The position numbers and the translations under genes were made by a program. Below the pieces are notes generated by a model that saw only the letters and a list, made by a program, of their open reading frames with translations, searched no databases and was not told the origin of the DNA. From Alphaproteobacteria bacterium (GTDB lineage Bacteria; Pseudomonadota; Alphaproteobacteria; Rs-D84), in contig JAFSOV010000017.1 in NCBI GenBank assembly GCA_017443235.1, positions 32,947-96,946 on the forward strand: DNA of 64,000 nucleotides, written 5' to 3'. The first letter of the stretch is position 1, and every line of letters starts with the position of its first letter. Shown here piece by piece: positions 1 through 9,672 of the stretch.

Positions 1-1372
1 GTTGCCAACGGGTACGAAAACGGATTATGCGTGAATTTTGGCGCCCCACCCCGTTCTTCATCGGGTTCAAAGAACGGAAAATTATCGACCCAACAAAATG
101 CAAAATCGTTTTCTTTGACCAATCCTAAATCTGCGCCCAATTTATTACGCAATTTGCCCGCCGCTTTGGACGCCGCATCAACCGTATCGCAAACAAAGAA
201 CAACGACGCATTGTCACCGGCAATTTTATGCAATTTTTCAATGCGGTCCGCATCCAATTTCTTGGCAACCGGGCCTTTGGCTTCATCTGCAAATACGATA
301 TAGCCCAATCCACCAAGTCCAAGTTCTTTGGTCGCATATTCACCCAATTTATCAAACCAAGAACGCGGCCGGTCCGCACTGTTTGGTGCCGGAATCGCAC
401 GCACAACCGCGCCATTTTCAATCGCGTTCGCAAATATTCCAAAATCCGACCCACGGAAGATTTCCGTCACATCACTTATTAAAATAGGATTACGCAAATC
501 CGGTTTATCACTGCCATACTTCAACATTGCATCATCAAAAGAAATATGTGGAATTTCCGGATATATATTTGCACCCGGCAAAAACGTCCGTATAAATTCT
601 GGCATTATCGCCTCGCCTACGGCCTGAATATCCGGCAAATCAACAAAAGACATTTCCAAATCTAATTGATAGAATTCCAACAACCGGTCTGCACGCAAAT
701 CTTCATCACGAAAACACGGCGCAATTTGAAAGTATCTATCGAACCCGGACACCTGTAATAATTGTTTGAACATCTGGGGTGCCTGGGGCAACGCATAGAA
801 TTTCCCGTGATGCAAACGCGACGGGACCAAGAAACTGCGCGCGCCTTCGGGCGAATCTGCGGTCAATAACGGGGTTTGGAATTCTGAAAAACCCAATTCC
901 CACATTTTATCGCGCAACCATTTAATCATTTTGTTACGCATTAAAATATTGTGGTGCAGTTTTTCACGCCGTAAATCCAAGAAACGATATTTATACCGCA
1001 ATTCTTCACTTGTATCATCATCGCCAAAAACCTGGAACGGCAAAACATCGGCCGCGGTCAAAACATTCCACGATTGAACACTTATTTCAACTTCGCCGGT
1101 TGGGATTTTATCATTTACCTGACTTGCGTCACGCGCAACAACCCGCCCGGTCACCTGTAATACAGATTCCGGACGCACGCGTTCCAAATCTTCATTTCCA
1201 CCATCCATAACAATCTGGGTAATTCCATAATTATCGCGCAGGTCAATGAACAACAACGACCCGTGGTCGCGTTTACGATGTACCCACCCCGAAAGCGTCA
1301 CCGTTTCACCAACATTTTTCGCGGTCAATTCCCCGCAAGTATGCGTTCTGTATTTTGATTTCAGTGATAACA
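1..1372 (-). CDS. aspS: aspartyl-tRNA synthetase, N-terminal ~457 codons (3' end runs off the window)
   Basis: Absent from the ORF track because it is open at the window edge. My translation from ATG at 1372 gives MLSLKSKYRTHTCGELTAKNVGETVTLSGWVHRKRDHGSLLFIDLRDNYGITQIV and later EFYQLDLEMSF. The frame stays open to position 1. Confidence 0.85.
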
Positions 1373-1644
1373 TTTCTGTTCCCTTTTTATTTCGGGCAAC
1401 CAAGATTCAAATGATTTTGGCACCCATTGGTTAAACAACTTTTTTTCGGGGCGCATAAAGATTCGACTATGCGCGGTGCCACCCGAATTTATCACTTTTT
1501 TGTTTTTAGAACCGGCTCCGTGGTTGTTAGTCACATCAATGCCTTGTTCTAAAACTAACATGTGGGAATTCTAAAACCAAATACACACAAAAGCAAGAAA
1601 TAATAAAATACTTTTAATTAAATACACATAAAACATCTTATCTG

Positions 1645-1678
1645 GTCCCCCTTCGCCCCACCGGCTACGGGCGACACT
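1645..1678 (-). repeat. compact copy of the tRNA-linked GC hairpin module (AGTGTCGCCCGTAGCC..GGGGCGAAGGGGGAC)
   Basis: Same core as 1783-1848, 24131-24192, 46006-46072 and 58148-58179. Confidence 0.6.
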
Positions 1679-1782
1679 CCTTCGCATAACTTTTCCGTTC
1701 GGGTGGCCTGCCACCCGAAGCGTCAAAGACGCGAAGGGTGGTGCCCGCAGGGTGCCAGAAATGTTCCAGATGATGTATTTAT

Positions 1783-1848
1783 GTCCGCCTTCGCCGTTCA
1801 TCATAAAGAAATCTGCGACAAAAAACGGGGGGGCTACGGCGCGACACT
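1783..1848 (-). repeat. tRNA-linked module AGTGTCGCGCCGTAGCC ... GGCGAAGGCGGAC
   Basis: Lies directly after the tRNA-Thr terminator hairpin. The same two conserved ends recur after three other tRNAs. Confidence 0.65.
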
Positions 1849-1902
1849 GAATTTTCTTAACTAAAAATCCCGCGTCTGCGGGATTTTTAGTTAAGAAAAT
1901 TC
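1849..1902 (-). terminator. perfect 25-bp palindrome directly after tRNA-Thr(GGU)
   Basis: GAATTTTCTTAACTAAAAATCCCGC-GTCT-GCGGGATTTTTAGTTAAGAAAATTC. Confidence 0.7.
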
Positions 1903-1903
1903 G

Positions 1904-1977
1904 TGGTGCCCTAAGCAAGAATCGGACTTGCGACTCGTCCTTACCAAGGACGTGTTTTACCACTAGACTATTAGGGC
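1904..1977 (-). tRNA. tRNA-Thr (anticodon GGU)
   Basis: Hand-folded cloverleaf: acceptor GCCCTAA/TTAGGGC plus ACCA, anticodon arm CGTCC-TTGGTAA-GGACG, T arm GCAAG-TCCGATT-CTTGC. One D-stem mismatch and an unusual TCC in the T-loop. Confidence 0.75.
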
Positions 1978-2042
1978 AATTCGTAAATCACTCACCGATT
2001 ATACAGTCGCCAACATAAAAATCAAGCAAAAACCGCCCCACT

Positions 2043-2627
2043 CTATTTTTCTATTTTAACACGAATATCGATATCTTCCGGTATCTTGGGCGATGGTTGC
2101 TTTGCGATTCCGCCGAACGGCATTTCGGCGACCAAGACCCAGGCTTCGGGCAAATTGAACATTTGCGCGACCATTTTGTCTATGACCGGGTTATAGTGTT
2201 GCAAATTTGCCCCAACACCCATTTCCGCCAAACCCGTCCAAATTGCGAATTGCAACATTCCGTTCGATTGCATAACCCAATCGTGAAAATTTTCTGCATA
2301 CAGCGGATACCTCTTACGCACCTCGTTCACGACCGCCGAATCATAGAAATACAGAATCGTTCCCGCCGCGGCCGCGAAAGAATCCAAACGCTCACGCGGA
2401 ATGGGGTTCCCGGTCGCCCGAACCAATTCATCATAAACCGCGTCCCAAAATTTTTCGTGTGCATCATCCACAACAACAATAACGCGTTGACTTTTCATAT
2501 CAAACGCATCTGGCACATACCGCACAGAATCACGAACCAAATCAAATACTTTGTCTTTGAACACCGGCAAATTTTTGTTCAACCCATACACAGACCGGCG
2601 ATTTTTTAACATATTAAAAAAATCCAT
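2043..2627 (-). CDS. nitroreductase family protein
   Basis: 194 aa. N-terminal RRSVYG..., overall nitroreductase-like pattern, ends in PFG... Confidence 0.7.
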   Translation of the reverse strand: MDFFNMLKNRRSVYGLNKNLPVFKDKVFDLVRDSVRYVPDAFDMKSQRVIVVVDDAHEKFWDAVYDELVRATGNPIPRERLDSFAAAAGTILYFYDSAVVNEVRKRYPLYAENFHDWVMQSNGMLQFAIWTGLAEMGVGANLQHYNPVIDKMVAQMFNLPEAWVLVAEMPFGGIAKQPSPKIPEDIDIRVKIEK

Positions 2628-2790
2628 TTTGCGCCCTTTTTTGCTTTATCTTTTCGGTAAAAACGTATCAAAACATATACGAACAAACAATAAGAAAAAA
2701 GCCATATACAACAAATTCGCGCATACAAATTTATTGATATTTTTGTGCATTATGATTAAAATCCTGTATGATTCTATAAAGGGAACCACC

Positions 2791-4191
2791 ATGAACAAAA
2801 AAATCATTAAAATTTTTATCTTGTTATTTATTATCGTATTTTTTGCATGGGTATTAAAATGGATTCATCACGAATTTGGGCGAATAAATTTTGATGAAAT
2901 CGCGATAGTATTAAATTCTGGCATTGGCGGCACAGATTCCAAAATATTGTGGTCTTTTGTTCGCAAGGTTATTTTACGTTCCGTATTTTATGCGGCATTG
3001 GGCACATTTATTTGTCATCGGTTCAAATACAAACGAAACATTTTATTATTGGTTTTTGGTTGCTATACGACATTTATGATTATACAAATTGCCATACGCA
3101 ATGTCCAATTCGGCAGTTTTTTCAATTTCACAAAATCAAATTTTTATGAAACAGAATACGTTGACCCCGAAACCGCAAATATACAATGGCCACAAAAAAG
3201 AAACGTTTTGATAATCGCACTGGAAAGCATCGAAAAAGTATATGGTGACCAAGAAAAATTTGGCGAAGTACTGACCCCATATATAACCGAATTAGAACAC
3301 AAAAATGTATCATTTGAAAATTATCATTCTATATCTGGACTGTCACATACAATTGCGGCAATCACCGGATTTGTATCCGGCCTGCCACTTTTCTATACCA
3401 GTTATCGAAACACCGACAAAATGACCGGCGCATACGGCATAGGGAAAATATTAAACCGGGCCGGATATCAAACTTGGTCTATTTTCCCGGCCAGTGGTAA
3501 TTTTTCCAAGAAAGAATCTTTTATGTACAACATGGGTTTTGACCACGTAATTGACGGTGAAAAAATATATGCCGAATTGAAAAATCCGCCAAAACAAAGG
3601 CCGTTTAAGGGCGTTGATGACGGGGTTTTATTCGAATGGTCTAAACCACTGTTATCGAACATAATAAAATCCAAACAACCATATTTTATATTTATGGAAA
3701 CAATCAACACTCACTTAGAAGGATTCTTTACGGATTACTGTCGCAATATGGGTTTCAAACAAGAAACCATGCAAGACATTACAAAATGTGACGATAAAAT
3801 TATCTATGATTTTGTAAAATGGTTTCGCAATGCGGACCCGACCGCCGTCATAATCCTGTTGAATGACCATAAACAACATTCGGGTCCATTGATGAAGAAA
3901 TTAAATACTATAACGGACAGACCTTTGGCCAACGTGTTTATAAACGCAAAAATTTTTGACGGCGCGGATTTACATCGTCCTGTATCGGCAATGGACTTTT
4001 TCCCGACAATGTTGGAATCTGCCGGTGCAAAAATAGATGGATGCAAATTGGCGTTGGGTGTATCACTAAGTGCGCGATGCAAGGCCACAAAAACATTACG
4101 CGAAAGATTTCCTGATAAAGAATTGCGAACTAAAATGGAACAGAAAAATGACCTGTACTATGAACTTGCCACCGGAAAGGATAAAAAATGA
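2791..4191 (+). CDS. sulfatase/LTA-synthase-family membrane transferase (MdoB/OpgB-like phosphoglycerol transferase)
   Basis: Start moved to the in-frame ATG at 2791 (MNKKIIKIFILLF). N-terminal TM helices followed by a sulfatase-type domain (ETINTHLEGF). Overlaps and precedes dgkA. Confidence 0.65.
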   Translation: MNKKIIKIFILLFIIVFFAWVLKWIHHEFGRINFDEIAIVLNSGIGGTDSKILWSFVRKVILRSVFYAALGTFICHRFKYKRNILLLVFGCYTTFMIIQIAIRNVQFGSFFNFTKSNFYETEYVDPETANIQWPQKRNVLIIALESIEKVYGDQEKFGEVLTPYITELEHKNVSFENYHSISGLSHTIAAITGFVSGLPLFYTSYRNTDKMTGAYGIGKILNRAGYQTWSIFPASGNFSKKESFMYNMGFDHVIDGEKIYAELKNPPKQRPFKGVDDGVLFEWSKPLLSNIIKSKQPYFIFMETINTHLEGFFTDYCRNMGFKQETMQDITKCDDKIIYDFVKWFRNADPTAVIILLNDHKQHSGPLMKKLNTITDRPLANVFINAKIFDGADLHRPVSAMDFFPTMLESAGAKIDGCKLALGVSLSARCKATKTLRERFPDKELRTKMEQKNDLYYELATGKDKK

Positions 4192-4550
4192 AATCAAATG
4201 ACACGGGCCTGCGCCGCATATTCCGCGCATTTCAACATTCCATTGATGGAATAATCGCCACATTCCGGTCGGAACCCGCATTTCGCCAAGACATTATTTT
4301 ATGTGTTTTGGCCGCTGTATTATCGTGCTTTTTGGACGTATCAACAATGTCGCGTATAATAATGTTGTTTTCATTGTCCTTCATAATTATTGCAGAATTG
4401 GTCAATACCGCCCTAGAAACCATTATCGACAGAATCAGTCCGGACAAACACCCACTGTCCAAAAAGGCCAAAGACATAGGCAGCGCAATCGTAATGATAA
4501 CCATAATATGCGTATGCGCACTTTGGGTCGCACTGATATTTTTGGGGTAA
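4188..4550 (+). CDS. dgkA: diacylglycerol kinase
   Basis: 120 aa, three TM segments, ELVNTALETIIDRISP and KDIGSAIV motifs typical of DgkA. Confidence 0.85.
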   Translation: MKSNDTGLRRIFRAFQHSIDGIIATFRSEPAFRQDIILCVLAAVLSCFLDVSTMSRIIMLFSLSFIIIAELVNTALETIIDRISPDKHPLSKKAKDIGSAIVMITIICVCALWVALIFLG

Positions 4551-4560
4551 AATTTGGCGG

Positions 4561-5256
4561 TTATGCCACCCTCAATTTTTTCAATTTTGCCTTGTTTTGT
4601 GACGATATGCGGCGCGATTTTTGTGCCTTTTGTATTGCACAGTTATGCGTCCATTTACCAACGCGTCTTTCTTTGAAATACGGCAAAATACTGTCATATT
4701 GCTTTGCCAATGCCGTGGACAAATACCACGCCTGCATCATATTTACATAGTATTCTTTGGATTTAACGCCAACAACCATATCAACATATGTTGTATCAAA
4801 TTTATCTTCCAAAAAATACCGCATCAGGCACAATATCGCAAAACGCACCGTATAGGCGTGTTTTGATTTAATCCATTTTTTTATATACGGCAATAATTTT
4901 TCCGGGTTTTCCGCAAATATTTTCGGCGACATCTGGTCACATGTTGCCCAATTATCAACGTATGGTAAAAATTTATTAACCTGGCTCACCACAAAATCAA
5001 AATCAAGAATTTCTGAAATTATGAACGTGTGCAACTGGTTTTCTTCCAAAAAATGATGTGGCAAATCCGCGATAAATTCGTGCCAATTTCCCCGTTCCAC
5101 CATATCACACGCAATTGCGCGCAAATCCGGCGTCCGCACACCAATAACCGTATCTGGATCAACCGAAGTTATTAGGTTGATACTGTAATCTCGGTATTCT
5201 TTATCTGCCGCCGCATACAATAAATCAAGAATTTCTTTTTTGTTCATCACAACCAC
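4561..5256 (-). CDS. DNA alkylation repair protein (AlkD/AlkC-like HEAT-repeat)
   Basis: 231 aa. Pattern YVDNWATCDQ, YTVRFAILCL, MMQAWYLSTA. Likely start is the MNKKE at 5247. Confidence 0.65.
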   Translation of the reverse strand: MVVMNKKEILDLLYAAADKEYRDYSINLITSVDPDTVIGVRTPDLRAIACDMVERGNWHEFIADLPHHFLEENQLHTFIISEILDFDFVVSQVNKFLPYVDNWATCDQMSPKIFAENPEKLLPYIKKWIKSKHAYTVRFAILCLMRYFLEDKFDTTYVDMVVGVKSKEYYVNMMQAWYLSTALAKQYDSILPYFKERRVGKWTHNCAIQKAQKSRRISSQNKAKLKKLRVA

Positions 5257-5450
5257 CCATAAAATTAGATTTATTTATTTTTCCACCGTTTTAATAATGT
5301 GATTATAATTCAAAAAATCCAAAACGGTATAAAAATATGATTCGGCGACCATGCGGCGAAGGGATTGTATATTCCCACTCATTTCATTCGTGGGCCCCTT
5401 TCCACTCGTAAGGCTCGAACGGCGCACTTGCTTGTTTTCGCCAACTATCG

Positions 5451-5568
5451 TGTCGGACCTGAGGTCCTCATCCATCGTGACTAGACCAAAAATTAAACCC
5501 CGAATAAATCGGGGTTGAATTTTTGGTAGCGGCGAAGGGATTCGGACCCCTGACCAAAGGATTATGAT
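5451..5568. repeat. 118-bp direct repeat, left copy. Contains the 3' 45 nt of tRNA-Met(CAU) plus its downstream hairpin.
   Basis: Aligns to 8373-8490 at a constant offset of 2922 with 5 mismatches, all outside the tRNA part. Identity stops exactly at the anticodon loop (ATCATAA). Confidence 0.85.
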
Positions 5569-5814
5569 AAGTTTGAGATAAAAACCAAATAACGCAGATT
5601 CCTGCGGATTACAGCGATTTTTTAATTGCAAAAAAAATTCGTGTGTAGAGAATGTGTAGAGCCAAGTTTATCCTAAAACCATATGCGTTTGTAGCTAAAA
5701 CCTCTTACTTCCCACAAAAAACCATTCCGCAGATTTTATAAATTGAGCTAGCTAGGGATTTTTATTGTATTATCCATAAACTTGTGCCATATTGTTGTTA
5801 TCAAAGGATTGTAT

Positions 5815-6828
5815 ATGGCAACAGGATTAAAACCAATAAATGGCGAAATATTTTTGTATAAAGACGACTATGGTACGGTCAAATTGAACGGTTTGATATA
5901 TGGTGAATCTTTATGGTTGACTCAGGCAGCTATCGCGGAATTGTTTAATGTGGACCGAAGTGTTGTCACAAAACACATACAAAATATATATTCTGATGGC
6001 GAATTAAAAGACGAAACGACATGTGCAAATTTTGCACATTTGCAGAAATCCGGTGGGTTCCCAGCGCAAAAACCAACAAATTATTACAATCTTGATATGA
6101 TAATATCTGTTGGGTATCGCGTTAACTCAAAGCGGGCAACCCAGTTTCGCATTTGGGCAACAAAAGTCCTGCACGAATACATACAAAAAGGCTTTGCGCT
6201 GGATGATGAACGCTTAAAAATGGCAGGAAAACCATTTGGGGTTGATTATTTTCGTGAATTATTAGAACGTGTCCGGTCTATCAGGGCATCAGAACGCCGT
6301 ATTTATCAACAAATAACCGATATTTTTGCCGAATGCAGTATTGATTATGACCCGAATTCTGAAACTGCTTTCAACTTTTACGCGAACATACAGAACAAAT
6401 TTCACTATGCAATACATGGACATACCGCTGCCGAAATTATCAAGGGACGCGCTAACTTGGAAAAACCACATATGGGACTGACCACATGGAAAAATTCCCC
6501 AAATGGTCGCATATTGAAAACAGATGTGTCCATCGCAAAGAATTATCTAAACGAAAAAGAATTAAAAGACCTTGAACGCTTGGTGACAATGTTTTTTGAC
6601 TATATCGAACACCAAATCGAAGACAAAAAAGCGTTTAATATGGCACAATTCGCAGAATCTGTTGATAAACTACTTACATTTAATGATTATAAAGTATTGC
6701 ATGGCTTGGGCAGCATAAGTGCCGCCGATGCAAAACAATATGCCGAAGCCGTATACAATGAATTCAACAAGACACAAAACATCGAAAGCGACTTTGACAG
6801 AATTGTAAAATTAACCAATGAGGAATAA
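5815..6828 (+). CDS. RhuM-family protein
   Basis: MATGLKP... with WLTQAAIAELF, VVTKHIQNIY, YYNLDMIISVGYRVNSKRATQFRIWATKVL. Start placed at 5815 after AAGGA. Confidence 0.75.
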   Translation: MATGLKPINGEIFLYKDDYGTVKLNGLIYGESLWLTQAAIAELFNVDRSVVTKHIQNIYSDGELKDETTCANFAHLQKSGGFPAQKPTNYYNLDMIISVGYRVNSKRATQFRIWATKVLHEYIQKGFALDDERLKMAGKPFGVDYFRELLERVRSIRASERRIYQQITDIFAECSIDYDPNSETAFNFYANIQNKFHYAIHGHTAAEIIKGRANLEKPHMGLTTWKNSPNGRILKTDVSIAKNYLNEKELKDLERLVTMFFDYIEHQIEDKKAFNMAQFAESVDKLLTFNDYKVLHGLGSISAADAKQYAEAVYNEFNKTQNIESDFDRIVKLTNEE

Positions 6829-7093
6829 TGACATGTATGCGATTCGCATCGATTCGTAGCACATCTAAAAACGGCGGTTTTCCGCGTTTTATAGCTTATA
6901 CACTTTTTCCTTGATTTAATTCTTCAAAAAATATATGAATCGGAAATGAAAGACCCATTAAAAATGGGTCCTTTCTAAGCGATTACAAAGTGCTTAGCTT
7001 ATTCTGTGCTCTCACTTTACATCGCTTAGTGGTGCCTTGTCAAATATTTTTTTGACGAGGGTGTTGTTAATGCCATAACTCAAGGAGTAAAAA

Positions 7094-7381
7094 ATGGCGA
7101 AATATAAAGTGAAAAATATGTCTGGCACCGCCGGACAGGTTCCTCCATATCCATACCAAAATTTAAGTTGGTTGGAATATTGGGAAAAGATGACTGGACA
7201 CAAAGCTTCTACTTGTAGTGTTTGTGGATGTTCTAATAAAGCAGAACATGGCGGACATGTGAAACGAGTAGATACTTACTTTGATCCGACTACATATATT
7301 GTTCCTCTGTGTGCGGATTGCAATAATCCAAATAACACAAAAGAATTTTATGTAGATTGCGATTTGTGTAGGGCATACTAG
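7094..7381 (+). CDS. small Cys-rich His-Me-finger (HNH-like) protein
   Basis: 95 aa. SWLEYWEK...CSVCGC...GGHV...YIVPLCADCNN. RBS AAGGAG upstream. Confidence 0.5.
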   Translation: MAKYKVKNMSGTAGQVPPYPYQNLSWLEYWEKMTGHKASTCSVCGCSNKAEHGGHVKRVDTYFDPTTYIVPLCADCNNPNNTKEFYVDCDLCRAY

Positions 7382-7578
7382 TGTCTAAAAACTAAAAAAC
7401 CGGTCGTTTTTTTATTCAACCATTCCACAAGGACAAGCATTTACTCCAAAATACACAAACCACACACATATGGATACTAGTTATACTAAGTTTGATATTG
7501 ATAAAAATAAACGTCAACATAAAAAACTTGTAATCCCAGAAAACATGTGTAATATAAGGCATAAAAAAGGATTACAAT

Positions 7579-8160
7579 ATGAAATACGTAACAGAAATGA
7601 ATTCAATCATTGCCGAATGGAAAAAAACATGCATATATAATTTAACTGTTGCTTTCCCAAAAGAAATTTTAAATAAACAACAATTGTCCACCAAATCTTG
7701 GACCGATATTATCAGTGCATCATATGATTTAATTCAAGAACCAGATACAATCTCTCGTGCTTACTCTACAAATTGCTTCATTCTTGGCGCGGCTGCTGGT
7801 CCTAATAAACTAGCAGGATTTGATAGGGATCAAAATGTTTATGCATTTTATAAAAACACATTTGGCCCATCATTAAAATTTGCGACCGATTTATTAGACC
7901 AAAACGCATTTGCAGCAGAACCAAATGCATATGTGATTTTACCAAGTGGAACACCGTACAACAATGGATTACCAGCTAGTTTGCAATATATAACCCCACG
8001 TGCCATGATGATGCATACAGTGTCCAAAAACGAAAATGCACACAAAGTTGATGATATATTGTTCAGTAAACATTTAGGTATTGTTGTTATTAAAGCTGTA
8101 CCAGAACTTCCAAAACCAGCATTGAATTGGGCTGCACAAAATAATGTAAAAGTATATTAA
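7579..8160 (+). CDS. hypothetical protein (193 aa)
   Basis: Clean ORF with AAAGGA RBS. No motif recognised. Confidence 0.5.
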   Translation: MKYVTEMNSIIAEWKKTCIYNLTVAFPKEILNKQQLSTKSWTDIISASYDLIQEPDTISRAYSTNCFILGAAAGPNKLAGFDRDQNVYAFYKNTFGPSLKFATDLLDQNAFAAEPNAYVILPSGTPYNNGLPASLQYITPRAMMMHTVSKNENAHKVDDILFSKHLGIVVIKAVPELPKPALNWAAQNNVKVY

Positions 8161-8372
8161 AATTTATCGAATTGCAGGATTTATTTGTGTAAACACCTGT
8201 GTATCAAATGTGTAGAGATTTTATCTATTTTGTCCGTCTGCCTTTCGCCTGCGGGTCGGACCCCATTGCCGGTCTCCAAATACAGCTTCGGGATTCGCTC
8301 GCTTGGCACTTTGTGCCAGCCGCGCGGCAATCGTGACGATTTCACTACATTTAATTTGTGAAATCTACTGCT

Positions 8373-8490
8373 TGTCGGACCTATGGTCCTCATCCGTCGC
8401 GACTATACCAAAAATTAAACCCCGAATAAATCGGGGTTGAATTTTTGGTAGCGGCGAAGGGATTCGGACCCCTGACCAAAGGATTATGAT
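8373..8490. repeat. 118-bp direct repeat, right copy (overlaps the intact tRNA-Met)
   Basis: See 5451-5568. Confidence 0.85.
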
Positions 8491-8520
8491 TCCTCTGCTC
8501 TACCACTGAGCTACGCCGCC
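8446..8520 (-). tRNA. tRNA with CAU anticodon (elongator Met or Ile2)
   Basis: GGCGGCG acceptor, GCTC-AGTGGTA-GAGC D arm, GAGGA-ATCATAA-TCCTT anticodon arm, AGGGG-TCCGAAT-CCCTT T arm, encoded CCA. Confidence 0.8.
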
Positions 8521-8667
8521 ATGAAAACGAACCGATTATAACAGACATTTTTCCAAATGCAAGAATTTATGTTACCGGCGCAAATTGTATGATTTTATCC
8601 CGTCCGTCCCCAGACAAAGACAATACGATTTGAATAATCATCAAAAAAGGTGTATAATATATAACCA

Positions 8668-9234
8668 ATGAAGCGTTTTATTTTTATTTTATCCGCAATT
8701 TTTTTAACCGCGATGCCGGCGTTTGGGGCGGATGGCAAAAACACCTTTACCGGTTTTTATAAAAACCAATTATCGTTCAATATTGGCCAGGGTATAAACA
8801 GTGGATTCATATTACCCCCACCGAACCAATTCGTTCCATTTAACCTGTTCAGCCTAAGTTATTCGCAACCGACAACATTTTTTGGTGTTCCGGCGCGCCA
8901 ATCTTTAAACGTCAACCAGACATTGGGATACGGCGACAAATATGGTTGGCATTGGCGCGACTATACGATTCCAATGGTTATGTTATCGGGTGATGTGCGG
9001 TTATCAGAATACAAAAATTTCTATGTCGCCGCCGGCGCAGGTGTCGGTATGCAGGCACAACAGAACGAACGCCTGGGCGCAAAATTACTGTTTCAGTTCA
9101 AGGTTATTGCCGGTTGGCACATAAATGACAAATGGGGGTTTGAAATATTTATGCACCATTTTTCAAACGGCAACACCGCACCCCAGAACTATTCATACGC
9201 ATTTTACGGCATCGGTGTAAATTATAATTTTTGA
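8668..9234 (+). CDS. PagL-like lipid A deacylase / acyloxyacyl hydrolase outer-membrane protein
   Basis: Signal peptide, beta-barrel-like sequence, HHFSNGN catalytic-type motif, C-terminal aromatic residue. Confidence 0.6.
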   Translation: MKRFIFILSAIFLTAMPAFGADGKNTFTGFYKNQLSFNIGQGINSGFILPPPNQFVPFNLFSLSYSQPTTFFGVPARQSLNVNQTLGYGDKYGWHWRDYTIPMVMLSGDVRLSEYKNFYVAAGAGVGMQAQQNERLGAKLLFQFKVIAGWHINDKWGFEIFMHHFSNGNTAPQNYSYAFYGIGVNYNF

Positions 9235-9419
9235 TGGTTATTATTACTAAATAATTTGTGATTGCGCACATAAAACTGGCGCGACAACAAACCAAAAATC
9301 AAAGACAGTTCACTGAATGTGAATTTATATTTTGGATGTTTATCAAAGAATTTTTCTAAACAGAAAATCAGCGATTCTTTATGTAATTTTTCTAGATATT
9401 TATCTGCTTCTGATTGCAT
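9222..9419 (-). CDS. 65-aa cassette protein (class 1, KHPxY motif)
   Basis: ATG at 9419 with AAGGAA RBS. The track start at 9443 is a TTG. Homologous to ORF 15509-15691 (KESLIFCLEKFFDKHPKYKFTFSELSLIFGLL vs KEELITAVLDFYSKHPNYRMSQNEFVGLICAI). Confidence 0.6.
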   Translation of the reverse strand: MQSEADKYLEKLHKESLIFCLEKFFDKHPKYKFTFSELSLIFGLLSRQFYVRNHKLFSNNNHQKL

Positions 9420-9451
9420 TTTTAATTCCTTGGTTTTTTTCAAAAGTTATC

Positions 9452-9630
9452 AAAAAACCGTCCAGAAAAATCAAGACGGTTGGAGGTTAAAGACTATTAC
9501 ACCAGAAATAGGTGGGCTTATTCAATATATTCGCCTCCCTCCAACCATCGGTTGGAGGTATTTTGTGTCCCCTCGGACACTGGTGTAAAACATGGGTCTT
9601 TAATCCCCAATCAACAGAACACCCGTTGAC
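9452..9630 (-). ncRNA. structured leader RNA, cassette copy A
   Basis: Helices 9596-9603/9487-9494 and 9580-9587/9498-9505. CCTCCAACC (9558-9550), GGTTGGAGG (9546-9538) and CCTCCAACC (9486-9478), the last overlapping terminator 9481-9456 plus a T-run. Compensatory changes relative to copy B. The 5' end is only approximate. Confidence 0.65.
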
Positions 9631-9672
9631 GCCATAAATATACAATAAAACACAAAAAAATCAAATCAAAAA

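Larger units (their letters stand above)
5569..8372. mobile_element. ~2.8-kb integrase-less islet inserted at tRNA-Met(CAU)
   Basis: Bounded by the 118-bp direct repeats. AT-rich. Carries a RhuM-family gene, an HNH-like gene and an orphan gene. No recombinase ORF. Confidence 0.55.

Noticed and set aside
1571-1963. 130-aa ORF on the minus strand
   Set aside because: It overlaps tRNA-Thr(GGU), its 25-bp palindrome and the repeat modules. Its composition is driven by GC-rich hairpins.
2551-2790. Upstream extension of the sulfatase-family gene (track start 2551)
   Set aside because: The extension overlaps the divergent nitroreductase gene and its promoter region. A good ATG (2791) precedes a typical hydrophobic N-terminus.
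5340-5523. Possibility that the sequence downstream of the tRNA-like repeat is a (two-piece) tmRNA
   Set aside because: The adjacent tRNA has a normal CAU anticodon arm. I could find no resume codon or tag reading frame ending in the usual hydrophobic A-A type tail in either repeat copy.
5275-5631. 118-aa ORF on the minus strand
   Set aside because: It spans the tRNA-Met 3' fragment and the direct repeat, and has no RBS. The parallel region at 8181-8393 carries an unrelated spurious ORF.
9598-9635. Mini-ORF at the 5' end of leaders A and B (MASTGVLLIGD* and MFPLSTGVLLMRD*), with two synonymous differences and a stop codon inside the outer helix
   Set aside because: It is tempting as an attenuation leader peptide. 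However, there is no Shine-Dalgarno sequence, and the ATG overlaps or abuts the best -10 candidates. The variable positions fall in a hairpin loop (TCAAC-loop-GTTGA). Copies C and D have the same RNA architecture without any such ORF. I leave it as an unlikely alternative, testable by ribosome profiling.
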